Notes: generated from the sequence alone by a model not told the origin. A DNA stretch of 64,000 nt from an uncultured Gemmatimonadales bacterium (GCA_963707505.1 CAVPQB010000004.1:1088001-1152000); one strand, 5' to 3'. Positions 53,135-63,065 are shown, numbered from the stretch's first letter. Numbers and translations are program-made.

Positions 53135-54123
53135 TGCAAATACCATCGGTTCAGCTCGTCACGCCGCTCGCGCTGCTGTTGCTACTTGCGCTTCCTGTCT
53201 GGTGGATCATTCGCGCGCGCAAGCGTCCACCGGCAATCACATTCTCGCGGACTTCCACGCTCGCTCGCGGCCCACACGTGGGGTCCGCGGTCGAGCGCAC
53301 GCTGTTCATTCTCCGCAACCTCGTTCTTGCGGCGCTCGTACTCGCGCTTGCTCGCCCGCGGGGCGTGGGCCATTCGGAGAATGTGACGAGTGAGGGAATC
53401 AACATCGTACTCGTCATCGATCTGTCCAGCTCGATGCTCGCCGAGGACTTTCAGCCGTCGAACAGAATTGCTGTTGCCAAGGCGACAGTCAAGCGGTTCA
53501 TCGCGGGGCGCACGTCCGACCGTATCGGGCTTGTTGCGTTCGCAGCGGAGGCGCTCACGCAGGTCCCGCTCACAACCGATTATCCAGTGGTGATGCAGGC
53601 CGTGGATAATCTGCAGGCAGGGCAGCTGGAAGATGGAACCGCGATCGGCACCGCAATCGCGACCGCTGCCAACAGACTCCGTACGGCGCCGGGAAAGTCA
53701 CGCGTGATGATTCTCCTGACGGACGGCGTGAACAATCGTGGCGACATCGATCCGCTGACCGCTGCTCGCGCAGCTGCCGCGTACGGTATCAAGATATACA
53801 GCATCGGTGTCGGTACGGAAGGAATGGCGCCGGTACCAGTTGGTCGCGGGCTGTACGGCCTCAGATATGAAAATCAGCCGGTGGAGATCGATGAAGCGTT
53901 GCTCACGCGCATCTCCAACATGACCGGCGGACGATATTTCCGCGCGGTCGATGCGACCGCGCTACAGAACATCTATTCACAGATCGATACCCTGGAACGC
54001 ACGCCGGTTCAATCCACTACTTATGTGCGCTACAGCGAGCTGTTTCGCTGGCCGCTCGGCATCGCGGTGGTCGCGCTGCTCATCGAGCTGGGCGTCGCGG
54101 CAGTCAAGGCACCGCTACCGTGA
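53134..54123 (+). CDS. batA: BatA-like VWA domain membrane protein
   Basis: LALARP, MIDAS DLSSSM, DRIGLVAFA, PLTTD, GTAIG, LLTDG, TGGRYFRA. Confidence 0.88.
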   Translation: MQIPSVQLVTPLALLLLLALPVWWIIRARKRPPAITFSRTSTLARGPHVGSAVERTLFILRNLVLAALVLALARPRGVGHSENVTSEGINIVLVIDLSSSMLAEDFQPSNRIAVAKATVKRFIAGRTSDRIGLVAFAAEALTQVPLTTDYPVVMQAVDNLQAGQLEDGTAIGTAIATAANRLRTAPGKSRVMILLTDGVNNRGDIDPLTAARAAAAYGIKIYSIGVGTEGMAPVPVGRGLYGLRYENQPVEIDEALLTRISNMTGGRYFRAVDATALQNIYSQIDTLERTPVQSTTYVRYSELFRWPLGIAVVALLIELGVAAVKAPLP

Positions 54124-55676
54124 TTCGCTTCCTGGAATGGCCATGGGCGGTTGCATTCGCCGTGCTGTTGCCCGTCGCGGGGATAGTCGCGTTGATCGTT
54201 GGACGCCGCTCGCGTGTCCGGCGTCTCTCGCTGCTCGGCACTCGCACGATGCTGGCGCGACTTGCGCCGCTTGGTACGCGTCGCGGCCCGTGGCATAATG
54301 TGCGCATCGTCACTGCGCTCCTTCTGCTTGGTGCCGCAGTTTCGGGCCCGCGCTGGGGACAGGAGAGCTCGGTCGTCAGTCGCAGCGGCGCCGATGTCGT
54401 TCTCGCGCTCGATGCCTCGCTGTCCATGACCGCGACCGACGAGCGTCCGTCACGTCTCGCGAAGATGAAGCAGGTCGTGCGTCAGCTTCGCGCGTTGTCA
54501 CCGGACGATCGCTTTGCGATGCTCGCATTCGCTGGCAAGTCGTACATCCTCACGCCTCTGACGACCGACGACGGCGCCCTTGCGCTCTACCTCGACAACC
54601 TGGACCCGACGGTTGTCGGAGAAGCGGGCAGCTCCATGTCGAGTGCGCTACGCCAGGCTACCGCTCTACTTGGCCTGGGCAAGGGGAACGGTAACAAGGC
54701 CATCGTATTGATGAGCGACGGTGAGGCGTTCGAGCCACTGTCGGATGTTGCGGCGGCTGCGAAACGCGCGAAGGATGCCGGAATCGAGGTCGTTACGGTT
54801 GGATTTGGCACGCCGCAGGGCTCGACCATTCCCATTGTCGAAAACGGCGCAACGACGGTGAAGCGCGACGAGAATGGCCAGGTCGTCGTGACGCAATATC
54901 ATCCCGAATTTCTGCGTACTGCTGCGGATTCGGCTGAGGGAGTGTTCGTACCAGCCGAGGCCACGAACAAGGCTGAGGCGGTGAGGTCGGCGATCCAGCG
55001 GCTCAAGACCGAAGCGCACGCAGTTCAGACGGGACGCGATCTCATGCCTCGGTTCCAGTGGTTCGTTGCTCCGGCGTTGCTGCTCCTGTTGCTGGATGCG
55101 TTGCTCGGGCTCCGATCGCGACGGCGGCTTGCTGGCGCGGCGATCATCGCTGCAGGAACGCTCGCAGCATGTTCACCCAGTTCCAAGACCGAGCTGCTGG
55201 CGTACAATCGCGGAACCACGCTACTTTCGCACGATTCGCTTGCCGCGGCAGTGCCAATTCTCGATTCTGTCGAGGCGCGGCATGGTCCGATGGCGTTCAA
55301 TGCGACGTTCAACGCCGGCTGGGCGTATCTTGTTACAGGCAGGAAGCTACGTGGCGACACAGCCGCTCAGCCACTCGACAGCGCGCTTGCGCACTACCGA
55401 AGGGCGCTGACTCTTTCGCCCGACGATAGCGATGCCAAGTGGAATTACGAGCTTGCACTCCGCGTTCACAAGGCATCGAGCGGTGGTGGCGGAGGAGGTG
55501 GTGGTGGCGGAGGCGGTGCGCAGGCACCGCAACCGAAGCCAGCCGGAGGCGGAGCTCTGGGATCTCAGCAGGCTGATGCCGTTTTGAACAATGCCGCACG
55601 CGAGGAGCAGGACGTGCAGGGACGCAAACAGCAGAAGAACGTGCCGCAACCGCCGCCGCGCGGGAAGGACTGGTGA
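54120..55676 (+). CDS. BatB-like VWA protein fused to a BatC-like TPR/Gly-Gln tail
   Basis: GPRWG, DASLSM, PLTTD, SDGE, GFGTPQG; TM; TPR DAKWNYELA; poly-Gly; terminal KDW. Confidence 0.8.
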   Translation: MIRFLEWPWAVAFAVLLPVAGIVALIVGRRSRVRRLSLLGTRTMLARLAPLGTRRGPWHNVRIVTALLLLGAAVSGPRWGQESSVVSRSGADVVLALDASLSMTATDERPSRLAKMKQVVRQLRALSPDDRFAMLAFAGKSYILTPLTTDDGALALYLDNLDPTVVGEAGSSMSSALRQATALLGLGKGNGNKAIVLMSDGEAFEPLSDVAAAAKRAKDAGIEVVTVGFGTPQGSTIPIVENGATTVKRDENGQVVVTQYHPEFLRTAADSAEGVFVPAEATNKAEAVRSAIQRLKTEAHAVQTGRDLMPRFQWFVAPALLLLLLDALLGLRSRRRLAGAAIIAAGTLAACSPSSKTELLAYNRGTTLLSHDSLAAAVPILDSVEARHGPMAFNATFNAGWAYLVTGRKLRGDTAAQPLDSALAHYRRALTLSPDDSDAKWNYELALRVHKASSGGGGGGGGGGGGAQAPQPKPAGGGALGSQQADAVLNNAAREEQDVQGRKQQKNVPQPPPRGKDW

Positions 55677-56656
55677 TCGTCGGACTGCTGCTCTTCGCGC
55701 AGGTCGGCGTCGTTCAGTTCCAGACGCAGGTGTCGCCGGATACGGTTTACGTAGGGCAGCAGGTGAACTACGATGCCGTGACGCTCGTGGACGACGTCGC
55801 GCGGCGGCGCCTGCGCGCCAATCCCGTTTTCACGCCAGCCGACGTCGCCGGCGTAACGATATATGACTTCCCCTTCGATACGAGCTCCATATCGACCGTC
55901 ACGGTGAACGGCGCGCCTTACCGGCGTTACGCATACCACCGCGCGCTGTTCCCGCTGCTGCCTGGTACGTACACGGTGCCAGCCGCGACGCTGCAGTACC
56001 GGCTTCCGGATGGAGACGACTACTTCAGCCCGCCGCGCACGTATTCGACGATGTCGGCTCCGCAGTCGTTTACCGCAGTCGCGTTGCCCACGTCGGGAAA
56101 GCCCGTTGGCTTCATCGGTGCGGTCGGAGAATTTCGGGATACACTCCGCACGGACGGATCCAGCCTGCGGATTGGTGATCCGTTTACGGTCACCATGCGA
56201 TTGTCGGGCGTTGGCAATCTGCGATTGCTTGCGCGTCCCACTCTCGATATCGACTGGGCAACGACGGTTCCGGGCGAGGAGCGTGTTTACTGGGATTCTG
56301 CCGGAGCCGTGGTGCGTGGCGCCAAGGAGTTCGACTGGGTGGTTACGCCGAAGATTTCCGGCGACATGGTGCTCCCGGAGCTGCGGTACGATTTCTTCAA
56401 TCCCACTTCGCGCCGTTACGAATACGCGACTACACCATCGCTGCGCGTCATGGTCGCGGCCGCGACAGGTCCGGCAGCGGATACAACGGCGGTCCCGCGG
56501 GACACCATCGGTGATACGCCATTTCCGGCGCTCGCAAGACTCGCGCGATCCAACTCGCTAGTGATCGCGATCGCCGCAACCGCCATTGCAGTGATTCTCC
56601 TGGGCATCCTGCTTCTGAGCCGACGACGTCGCAGCGACCAGGACGACGAAGAGTGA
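55673..56656 (+). CDS. BatD-like protein (short)
   Basis: DTVYVGQQV, ALFP..PG, LP..GKP..F.GAVG.F, GVGNL; C-terminal TM. Confidence 0.75.
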   Translation: MIVGLLLFAQVGVVQFQTQVSPDTVYVGQQVNYDAVTLVDDVARRRLRANPVFTPADVAGVTIYDFPFDTSSISTVTVNGAPYRRYAYHRALFPLLPGTYTVPAATLQYRLPDGDDYFSPPRTYSTMSAPQSFTAVALPTSGKPVGFIGAVGEFRDTLRTDGSSLRIGDPFTVTMRLSGVGNLRLLARPTLDIDWATTVPGEERVYWDSAGAVVRGAKEFDWVVTPKISGDMVLPELRYDFFNPTSRRYEYATTPSLRVMVAAATGPAADTTAVPRDTIGDTPFPALARLARSNSLVIAIAATAIAVILLGILLLSRRRRSDQDDEE

Positions 56657-56714
56657 CGAAGCGGCGCGGCGCATCCGCTTGCCGTTACGCCGTGCCACCA
56701 CTACGGTCACAAGC

Positions 56715-58481
56715 GTGCCAGTAATCAGCGTTCTTCCCAGCGCGGTAGCGGACCAGATTGCGGCCGGAGAAGTCGTTGAGCGTCCTGCATCGGTCGTGAA
56801 GGAGCTCGTCGAGAATTCGCTCGATGCCGGTGCGAAGTCGGTGGAGATCGTCGTGCAGGAAGGCGGCCGCGCTCTAATTCGCATAAGCGACGATGGGGCA
56901 GGGATGGATGCGGACGACGCGGTGCTCTCGCTCGCCCGGCATGGGACGTCCAAGATTCGCACATCCGCGGATCTCACGGGCGTGCGCACCTTTGGATTTC
57001 GCGGCGAAGCGCTGCCTGCAATCTGCTCCGTTTCGCGTATGGAAATCGAGACTGCTCTGCACGACGGAAGCGGCACGCGGCTCGAAGCCGCGGGCGGCGC
57101 ACCGCCAACCATCACACCGACGCAACGACGGCGCGGCACCACGGTTACTGTTACCGATCTGTTCTACAACTCGCCGGCGCGGGCCAGGTTTCTGCGGGGA
57201 AGTCGCTCGGAGTGGCGTGCGATATCGGACATTGTCATGACGCTCGCTCTCACTCGTCGCGACATTCGCTTCGACCTGTCACACGATGGCCGCCGCTCAC
57301 TCTCAGCGCCTCCGGCTCCTTCACTACGTGTGCGACTCGGCGCACTCTGGGGTGTCCAGTACGCCGATGGCTTGCTGGATGTGGATGATGTGGCGGGCCC
57401 GATTCATGTATCCGGTCTTGTCGAGCGTCCCGCAAATGTAGGAACGGCAACGCGGCGCGTCTTTCTCTCGGTCAACGGACGGTCCATACGGGACGCTGGC
57501 ATTGTGCGTGGCGCGGAGGCGGCGTACCGATCGACAATTCCAGCCGGAACGAGACCTGCACTGTATCTGGAAATCTTTGTGCCCACGGACTCAGTCGACG
57601 TGAACGTCCATCCAGCCAAGGCCGAGATTCGATTTCAGGATCGCTGGACGGTCGAACGCGCTGTCGAGCGTGCCGTGCGACGTGCGCTTGGCACCTTCGA
57701 TAGCTCTGCGTCGATGGGGCGGTCGTTCTTCGGCGGAATTACGGCTGCGAACGAGCCCGTTCAGGTAATCGAAAGCCGGATTCTCGCGCCGCATACGGAT
57801 GATACGCCGCTCTTCCAGGCTGCTGATTCGTCCGTCGATTCGTCAGATGTGGAAGATTACGAAGCTGTCGCGCGCGATATTGCGGGCAGCACAGGCACGC
57901 GCGAAGATGACAGCATTCCGCCGCTCACACAGCTTCGTCGTACGTACATCATGTTCGAGCACGAGGATGGCGTGGTGCTCATCGACCAGCATTCCGCGCA
58001 CGAACGCGTTCTGTACGAAGAGTTCATGCACGACATCGAGAGAGGCTCGGCGAATTCGCAGCGACTGCTCCTTCCATTCACATTGACGTTGTCCGCGCAG
58101 GAACTGGAAGCGTTCGATCTCGATCATGAATACTTCGACAAGCTTGGCTTCGAGATCGAGCCGTTCGGCGGGAATGCGCTGATCGTACACGCGGTTCCTG
58201 TGCCGCACCCGCGCTTCGACGCGGAGCGCTGCCTTCGCGATACTCTTGCGTCCCTGACTGGCGACCGCACGCCGTCGGCGCATGGCCGGCATGAGAAGCT
58301 GGTTGCGACGATCGCGTGCAAGGCAGCGGTGAAGGGGGGTGATCTGCTCTCGGGCGCGGAGATGCGCGCATTGTTCATCGCGCTTCGTGATACGAATCTC
58401 CCTGCACACGACGTTCACGGACGCTCCACGATCGTGCAGCTGGCGTGGAGCGAAGTAGACAGGCGTTTTGGCCGATCGTAG
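56715..58481 (+). CDS. mutL: DNA mismatch repair endonuclease MutL
   Basis: IAAGEVVERPASVVKELVENSLDAG, GFRGEAL, DVNVHPAK, IDQHSAHER, ACKAAVK, HGR. Confidence 0.97.
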   Translation: MPVISVLPSAVADQIAAGEVVERPASVVKELVENSLDAGAKSVEIVVQEGGRALIRISDDGAGMDADDAVLSLARHGTSKIRTSADLTGVRTFGFRGEALPAICSVSRMEIETALHDGSGTRLEAAGGAPPTITPTQRRRGTTVTVTDLFYNSPARARFLRGSRSEWRAISDIVMTLALTRRDIRFDLSHDGRRSLSAPPAPSLRVRLGALWGVQYADGLLDVDDVAGPIHVSGLVERPANVGTATRRVFLSVNGRSIRDAGIVRGAEAAYRSTIPAGTRPALYLEIFVPTDSVDVNVHPAKAEIRFQDRWTVERAVERAVRRALGTFDSSASMGRSFFGGITAANEPVQVIESRILAPHTDDTPLFQAADSSVDSSDVEDYEAVARDIAGSTGTREDDSIPPLTQLRRTYIMFEHEDGVVLIDQHSAHERVLYEEFMHDIERGSANSQRLLLPFTLTLSAQELEAFDLDHEYFDKLGFEIEPFGGNALIVHAVPVPHPRFDAERCLRDTLASLTGDRTPSAHGRHEKLVATIACKAAVKGGDLLSGAEMRALFIALRDTNLPAHDVHGRSTIVQLAWSEVDRRFGRS

Positions 58482-59118
58482 GATTCGGGTGATTGTCGGG
58501 CCGACGGCTGCGGGGAAGTCCATGCGCGCCATGGAAGCCGCGGCAGCTGGGGACATCGCCATAATCTCGGCGGACAGCCGGCAGATTTACCGAAAGTTTG
58601 ACATCGGCACCGCCAAACCGACTCCTGAAGAGCTCTCCAGCGTCGTACATTTCGGTGTGAACGTCGTCGAGCCGACCGAGCACTACAGCGCATACCAGTG
58701 GGCGCGCGACGCCGCGCGTTGGATCGGCGAGGCGAAGCGCCTTGGAAAGGTGCCCATCATCGTGGGAGGAACCGGGTTCTACGTGAAGTCTCTGTTCGAC
58801 CCACCGTACGACGAGCCGCCCGTGACGGGTCTCGAGCTCATTCCCGAATACGAAGTAGTCGACCCCGGTCCAGATCTCCGGAATCACATCGAGACACGCG
58901 TCGATCAAATGTTGGAGAATGGCTGGCTGGAAGAGGTCGCATCGCTCATGCAGAGCGTGCCGGCTGACGCGATAGCGTGGAAGGCTTCGGGTTATCGCGT
59001 GATGCGGCGACATCTTGAAGGCGAATATTCTCTCGCTCACGCACGCGAGCGGGCGATCATCGAGACGCGTCAGTACGCGAAACGGCAGCGAACCTGGTTC
59101 AGGCACCAACTACCATGA
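58468..59118 (+). CDS. miaA: MiaA-family dimethylallyltransferase, unusually short (216 aa)
   Basis: GPTAAGKS, SADSRQIY..DIGTAKP, VGGTGFY, TRQYAKRQRTWFR; follows mutL. Confidence 0.85.
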   Translation: MADRRIRVIVGPTAAGKSMRAMEAAAAGDIAIISADSRQIYRKFDIGTAKPTPEELSSVVHFGVNVVEPTEHYSAYQWARDAARWIGEAKRLGKVPIIVGGTGFYVKSLFDPPYDEPPVTGLELIPEYEVVDPGPDLRNHIETRVDQMLENGWLEEVASLMQSVPADAIAWKASGYRVMRRHLEGEYSLAHARERAIIETRQYAKRQRTWFRHQLP

Positions 59119-60260
59119 AGATCGGCATCACGTGTTATCCCACATACGGCGGATCCGGCGCGGTCGCGACCGAGCTCGGTATCGCGCTCGCGGCGCGCGG
59201 CCATGAAGTTCACTTCATCAGCTACCGGCAGCCATTCCGTCTTCCGTCGTTTCTCCCTCGCGTATTCTTTCACGAAGTCCAGGTGGGAGCATACCCGCTC
59301 TTCGAGTACCCTCCCTACGATCTTGCATTGGCGGTACAGATGCACGAAGTCGTGAAGATGCACGGCGTCGAGGTACTCCACTGCCATTACGCGATCCCGC
59401 ATGCGACAAGCGCGTGGATCGCACGTGAGATGCTGCGAGCCGAGCACTCGGACGTCGCCGTCGTGACAACGCTGCATGGGACAGACATTACGCTGGTGGG
59501 CCAGGATCCATCGTTCCACGCGATAACGAAATTCTCGATCGAGAAATCGGACCGTATAACGGCCGTGTCCGACTATCTGCGCGACGAAACGTTCAACGCG
59601 TTCCACTGTACAGGGTGTCGTGTCGCAGTGATTCCGAACTTTATCGACCCCGCCGTTTACGATCGGTCCCTCTACAGCAGGTCAGAGCTGCTCCCGTTCG
59701 CCGGGGACCGCAAGGTGCTGATGCATATCTCCAACTTCCGCGCTGTAAAGCGCGTACGCGACGTCGTGCGCATCTATGCCAAGGTTGCTGCGAAGACTCC
59801 GAGCGTGCTGGTAATGGTGGGCGATGGTCCCGAGCGTCCTGCCGCCGAGGATGAGGTACGCGCGCTCGGCGTCGGCGATTCCGTATTCTTCCTGGGAAAG
59901 ATAGAGACGGTGGCGCCGCTGTTGGCCAGCGCCGACGTCTTTCTGCTGCCCACGTCGAGCGAATCATTTGGTTTGAGTGCGCTCGAGGCGATGGCATCAG
60001 GCGTTCCGGTGGTGGGTAGCGATTCTGGCGGACTGCCGGAAGTCGTAACGAACGGCGTGACCGGTCTGCTGTACCCCGTGGGTGATGTAGATTCGATGGC
60101 CGCGGGCGTGCTGTCTATCGTCACCGATCCCAGCCGTCAGGCGGACATGGGCGCAGCCGGAGCCGATGACGCGCGCAAGCGCTTCGCGCTCGACACCGTA
60201 GTTTCGCAGTACGAAGAACTGTATCGCAGCGCGCTCAGACTACCTTCCGACGCTCACTAA
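59115..60260 (+). CDS. bshA: N-acetyl-alpha-D-glucosaminyl L-malate synthase (bacillithiol biosynthesis)
   Basis: MKIGITCYPTYGGSGAVATELG, YPLFEYPPY, HYAIPHA, TLHGTDITLVG, HISNFRAVKR, ESFGLSALEAM. Confidence 0.95.
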   Translation: MKIGITCYPTYGGSGAVATELGIALAARGHEVHFISYRQPFRLPSFLPRVFFHEVQVGAYPLFEYPPYDLALAVQMHEVVKMHGVEVLHCHYAIPHATSAWIAREMLRAEHSDVAVVTTLHGTDITLVGQDPSFHAITKFSIEKSDRITAVSDYLRDETFNAFHCTGCRVAVIPNFIDPAVYDRSLYSRSELLPFAGDRKVLMHISNFRAVKRVRDVVRIYAKVAAKTPSVLVMVGDGPERPAAEDEVRALGVGDSVFFLGKIETVAPLLASADVFLLPTSSESFGLSALEAMASGVPVVGSDSGGLPEVVTNGVTGLLYPVGDVDSMAAGVLSIVTDPSRQADMGAAGADDARKRFALDTVVSQYEELYRSALRLPSDAH

Positions 60261-60270
60261 TCCCTACTGG

Positions 60271-61080
60271 ATGCCCACAATATTTCAAGCGCTGGTGCTC
60301 GGCCTTCTTCAGGGACTGGCCGAGTTCCTTCCGATCAGCAGCTCAGCACATCTCGCACTGGCACCGTGGCTGTTCAACTGGCCCGATCCGGGCCTTTCCT
60401 TCGACGTGGCACTGCACTTCGGTACGCTGATCGCCGTACTCTGGTACTTCGCGGGTGAGTGGATGTCGCTGTTGCGCGCCGCCGGCCAGATCATTCACAC
60501 GCGTAAGATCGTGACCGTCGAGCAGAAGCGAGCAGCGTTTCTGGTTGTCGCGACGATTCCGGGTGGAATATTCGGTTTGCTGCTGGAGAAGAAAGCGGAA
60601 ACCGCATTCCGCAACCCCGCGCTCATCGCGACGGCGCTGATTGTGCTCGGAATCCTGCTTTGGCTCGCCGATCGATTCGCTCGTTTCGATCGGCCGATCA
60701 CGCACATGACATGGAAGGACGCGATTCTTATCGGTTGCGCGCAGGTTTTCGCACTTATCCCCGGTGTGTCGCGCTCCGGATCGACGATCACCGCTGGACG
60801 CGCTCTGGGGTTGGATAGAAACGGCGCGGCGGCGTTCAGTTTTCTGCTGAGCATGCCAATCATCGCTGCTGCCGTGGTACTCAAGGTGCCACACGTGATG
60901 CGCGAATCCGGAATGAGCCTGCCCCTTCTCGTTGGCGTTGCGGCATCTGCAATCAGTGGCTGGCTCGCCATTTCGGTATTGCTCAAGTACGTGAGCCGGC
61001 ATTCTTACGGAGTGTTCGCGTTGTACCGCGTTCTACTCGGAGCGGCCGTTCTCGCGATCTACTATGCCCGTGGCGGCTGA
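60271..61080 (+). CDS. uppP: Undecaprenyl-diphosphate phosphatase
   Basis: QGLAEFLPISSSAH, LHFGT, PGVSRSGSTI, FSFLLSMP, FALYR. Confidence 0.95.
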   Translation: MPTIFQALVLGLLQGLAEFLPISSSAHLALAPWLFNWPDPGLSFDVALHFGTLIAVLWYFAGEWMSLLRAAGQIIHTRKIVTVEQKRAAFLVVATIPGGIFGLLLEKKAETAFRNPALIATALIVLGILLWLADRFARFDRPITHMTWKDAILIGCAQVFALIPGVSRSGSTITAGRALGLDRNGAAAFSFLLSMPIIAAAVVLKVPHVMRESGMSLPLLVGVAASAISGWLAISVLLKYVSRHSYGVFALYRVLLGAAVLAIYYARGG

Positions 61081-61834
61081 AGCTCGCCCGTCGCTCCGGT
61101 ATGACGGCCTCTCAGCGGCCGAGCTGGCGGAGCGCGCGGCAGTGCCTCGCGTCGCATTGTTCGACGTGGTGGGATCCACGATGGACGAAGCCCATGCACT
61201 TGCATCCGACGGAGTACCGGCTGGCACAGTCATACTTGCGGATTCGCAGTCATCCGGCCGGGGAAGAAACGGCAAGCGCTGGTCGTCACCACCGCGAGGC
61301 GTGTGGATGACGCTCATCGAGCGTCCAACGGATCCATCCGTGCTCGACGTTCTGTCGCTGCGCATCGGACTTGCTGCTGCGCGCGCGCTCGATACGTTCG
61401 CTGCGGAGCCTGTTCGCGTTAAGTGGCCCAACGATCTTTACGTCGAGGACGCCAAGCTTGCGGGTGTTCTGGTAGAGGCGCGCTGGCGCGGCGACCGGCT
61501 CGACTGGGTTGCCATCGGACTCGGCGTCAACATGGACCCCCCACCCGATCAAACAGCAGCCGTCCTCGAAGCTGGGACGTCGCGCGCAGACGTGGTCTGC
61601 GCCCTGCTTCCCGAGCTGCGCGGATCAGCGGCGATGTCGGGACCACTCACGCAGGACGAGATGGACGAGTACGCTGCGCGCGATCTGGCGCGCGGGCGCA
61701 CATGTACGGCACCCGTGCGCGGACGCGTAGTTGGAATCGCACCGACCGGCGAGCTATTGGTGGAGCTTGCGGATTCCATCGCGCGTGTACGAACCGGATC
61801 TTTGATGCTCCAGTCGTCGAACGAATCGGATTAA
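61064..61834 (+). CDS. birA: Biotin--protein ligase (no recognisable N-terminal HTH)
   Basis: STMD, Q.SGRGR.G..W.SP, KWPNDL, KLAGVL.E, GLGVN. Confidence 0.9.
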   Translation: MPVAAEARPSLRYDGLSAAELAERAAVPRVALFDVVGSTMDEAHALASDGVPAGTVILADSQSSGRGRNGKRWSSPPRGVWMTLIERPTDPSVLDVLSLRIGLAAARALDTFAAEPVRVKWPNDLYVEDAKLAGVLVEARWRGDRLDWVAIGLGVNMDPPPDQTAAVLEAGTSRADVVCALLPELRGSAAMSGPLTQDEMDEYAARDLARGRTCTAPVRGRVVGIAPTGELLVELADSIARVRTGSLMLQSSNESD

Positions 61835-61854
61835 TCGAGCAACACGAGCCAACC

Positions 61855-62631
61855 ATGCTTCTCACGATAGATGTCGGTAATACAGAGACGACAGCCGGAC
61901 TGTTCGACGGAGACGTGCTACGCGCGCACTGGCGGCTCACGACAACTTCGGCGCGCACCGCCGACGAGATGCGAGTGCTTCTGTCGCAGCTCGTGGCCGC
62001 GGAAGGGATTTCCGCCGGGAGCGTCACCGGTGTCGCGTTGTGCTCCGTAGTGCCGCCGACGACGCAAACAGTCGTCGATGCATGCGACCTCGCATTTGGC
62101 GTAACGCCAGTAGTGGTCGACTCACGCACGCGGCTTCCGATCACGCTCGACGTCGATGAGCCCTCGACGGTCGGTGCCGACCGTGTGGTGAACACGCTCG
62201 CTGCGAGTCAGATCTACAAACGCGATTGCATCATCGTCGATATGGGGACCGCGACGACGTACGACTGCGTGAGTGCGAGCGGGTCGTTCTTCGGTGGGAT
62301 CATTCAGCCTGGCGTTCAGACTTCAGCGTCGATGCTCTTCGCCAAGACGGCGATGTTGCCGAGCACGGCGCTTGCGACGCCGCCGCGCGCGATCGGGACG
62401 AATACGGCCGACTGCATCCGCGCCGGCGTAGTGTTCGGCGCCGCGGATTCAATAGACGGCCTGATAGGGCGTATAAAAGCAGAGTGGCCGCATCCTGATA
62501 CGCCGTACGTTGTGGCAACCGGCGGCCTGGCGGACACCTTTCGGTCCTTCTGCACGGGCTTCAACGAGGTCGACCCTTTCCTCACGCTCCAGGGCCTCCG
62601 GCTCGCCTTCGGCATCGTTTCGAACGACTGA
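61855..62631 (+). CDS. coaX: Type III pantothenate kinase
   Basis: MLLTIDVGNT, SVVP, VGADR, VDMGTATTYD, VVATGG, LTLQGL. Confidence 0.95.
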   Translation: MLLTIDVGNTETTAGLFDGDVLRAHWRLTTTSARTADEMRVLLSQLVAAEGISAGSVTGVALCSVVPPTTQTVVDACDLAFGVTPVVVDSRTRLPITLDVDEPSTVGADRVVNTLAASQIYKRDCIIVDMGTATTYDCVSASGSFFGGIIQPGVQTSASMLFAKTAMLPSTALATPPRAIGTNTADCIRAGVVFGAADSIDGLIGRIKAEWPHPDTPYVVATGGLADTFRSFCTGFNEVDPFLTLQGLRLAFGIVSND

Positions 62632-62684
62632 TCGAACGAGCGCGGTCACTTGAAGGCTGCCGCGAACAGGTTAATTTCCGGCTG

Positions 62685-62711
62685 TTAGCACTCTCTGTTG
62701 ATGAGTGCTAA
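62685..62711 (+). promoter_or_regulatory. CIRCE element (HrcA operator)
   Basis: Exact TTAGCACTC-N9-GAGTGCTAA 40 nt upstream of groES; TTGAAG-N16-TAATTT promoter-like elements at 62650-62677. Confidence 0.97.
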
Positions 62712-62751
62712 CGATTCTCCTCAACACTCTACAGCACAATAGAGGCGCTCT

Positions 62752-63054
62752 ATGGCAGACAAGACCGCCACCACCGTGAAGCCGCTCGCGGATCGCGTGG
62801 TTATCAAGGCACTCGAAGAGACCGAGCAGATGCGCGGTGGGCTCTTCATCCCGGACACGGCCAAGGAAAAGCCGCAGCAGGGCGAGATCATCGCCGTCGG
62901 CCCAGGCCGTTACGAGGATGGCAAGCTCGTTCCGATGTCGCTCAAGGTTGGCGACAAGGTCCTCTACGGCAAGTACAGCGGCACCGAAGTGACGCTCAGC
63001 GGTGACCAGGTTCTCATTCTCCGCGAGACAGATGTGCTCGCGGTGATCGGCTAA
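62752..63054 (+). CDS. groES: Co-chaperonin GroES
   Basis: KPLADRVVI, GGLFIPDTAKEKPQQG, VGDKVLYGKYSGTEV. Confidence 0.98.
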   Translation: MADKTATTVKPLADRVVIKALEETEQMRGGLFIPDTAKEKPQQGEIIAVGPGRYEDGKLVPMSLKVGDKVLYGKYSGTEVTLSGDQVLILRETDVLAVIG

Positions 63055-63065
63055 ACGGAGACTAG

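Noticed and set aside
55481..55518. GGN trinucleotide repeat as a contingency locus
   Set aside because: Mixed Gly codons (ggt/ggc/gga) encoding a poly-Gly linker, not a pure slippage tract
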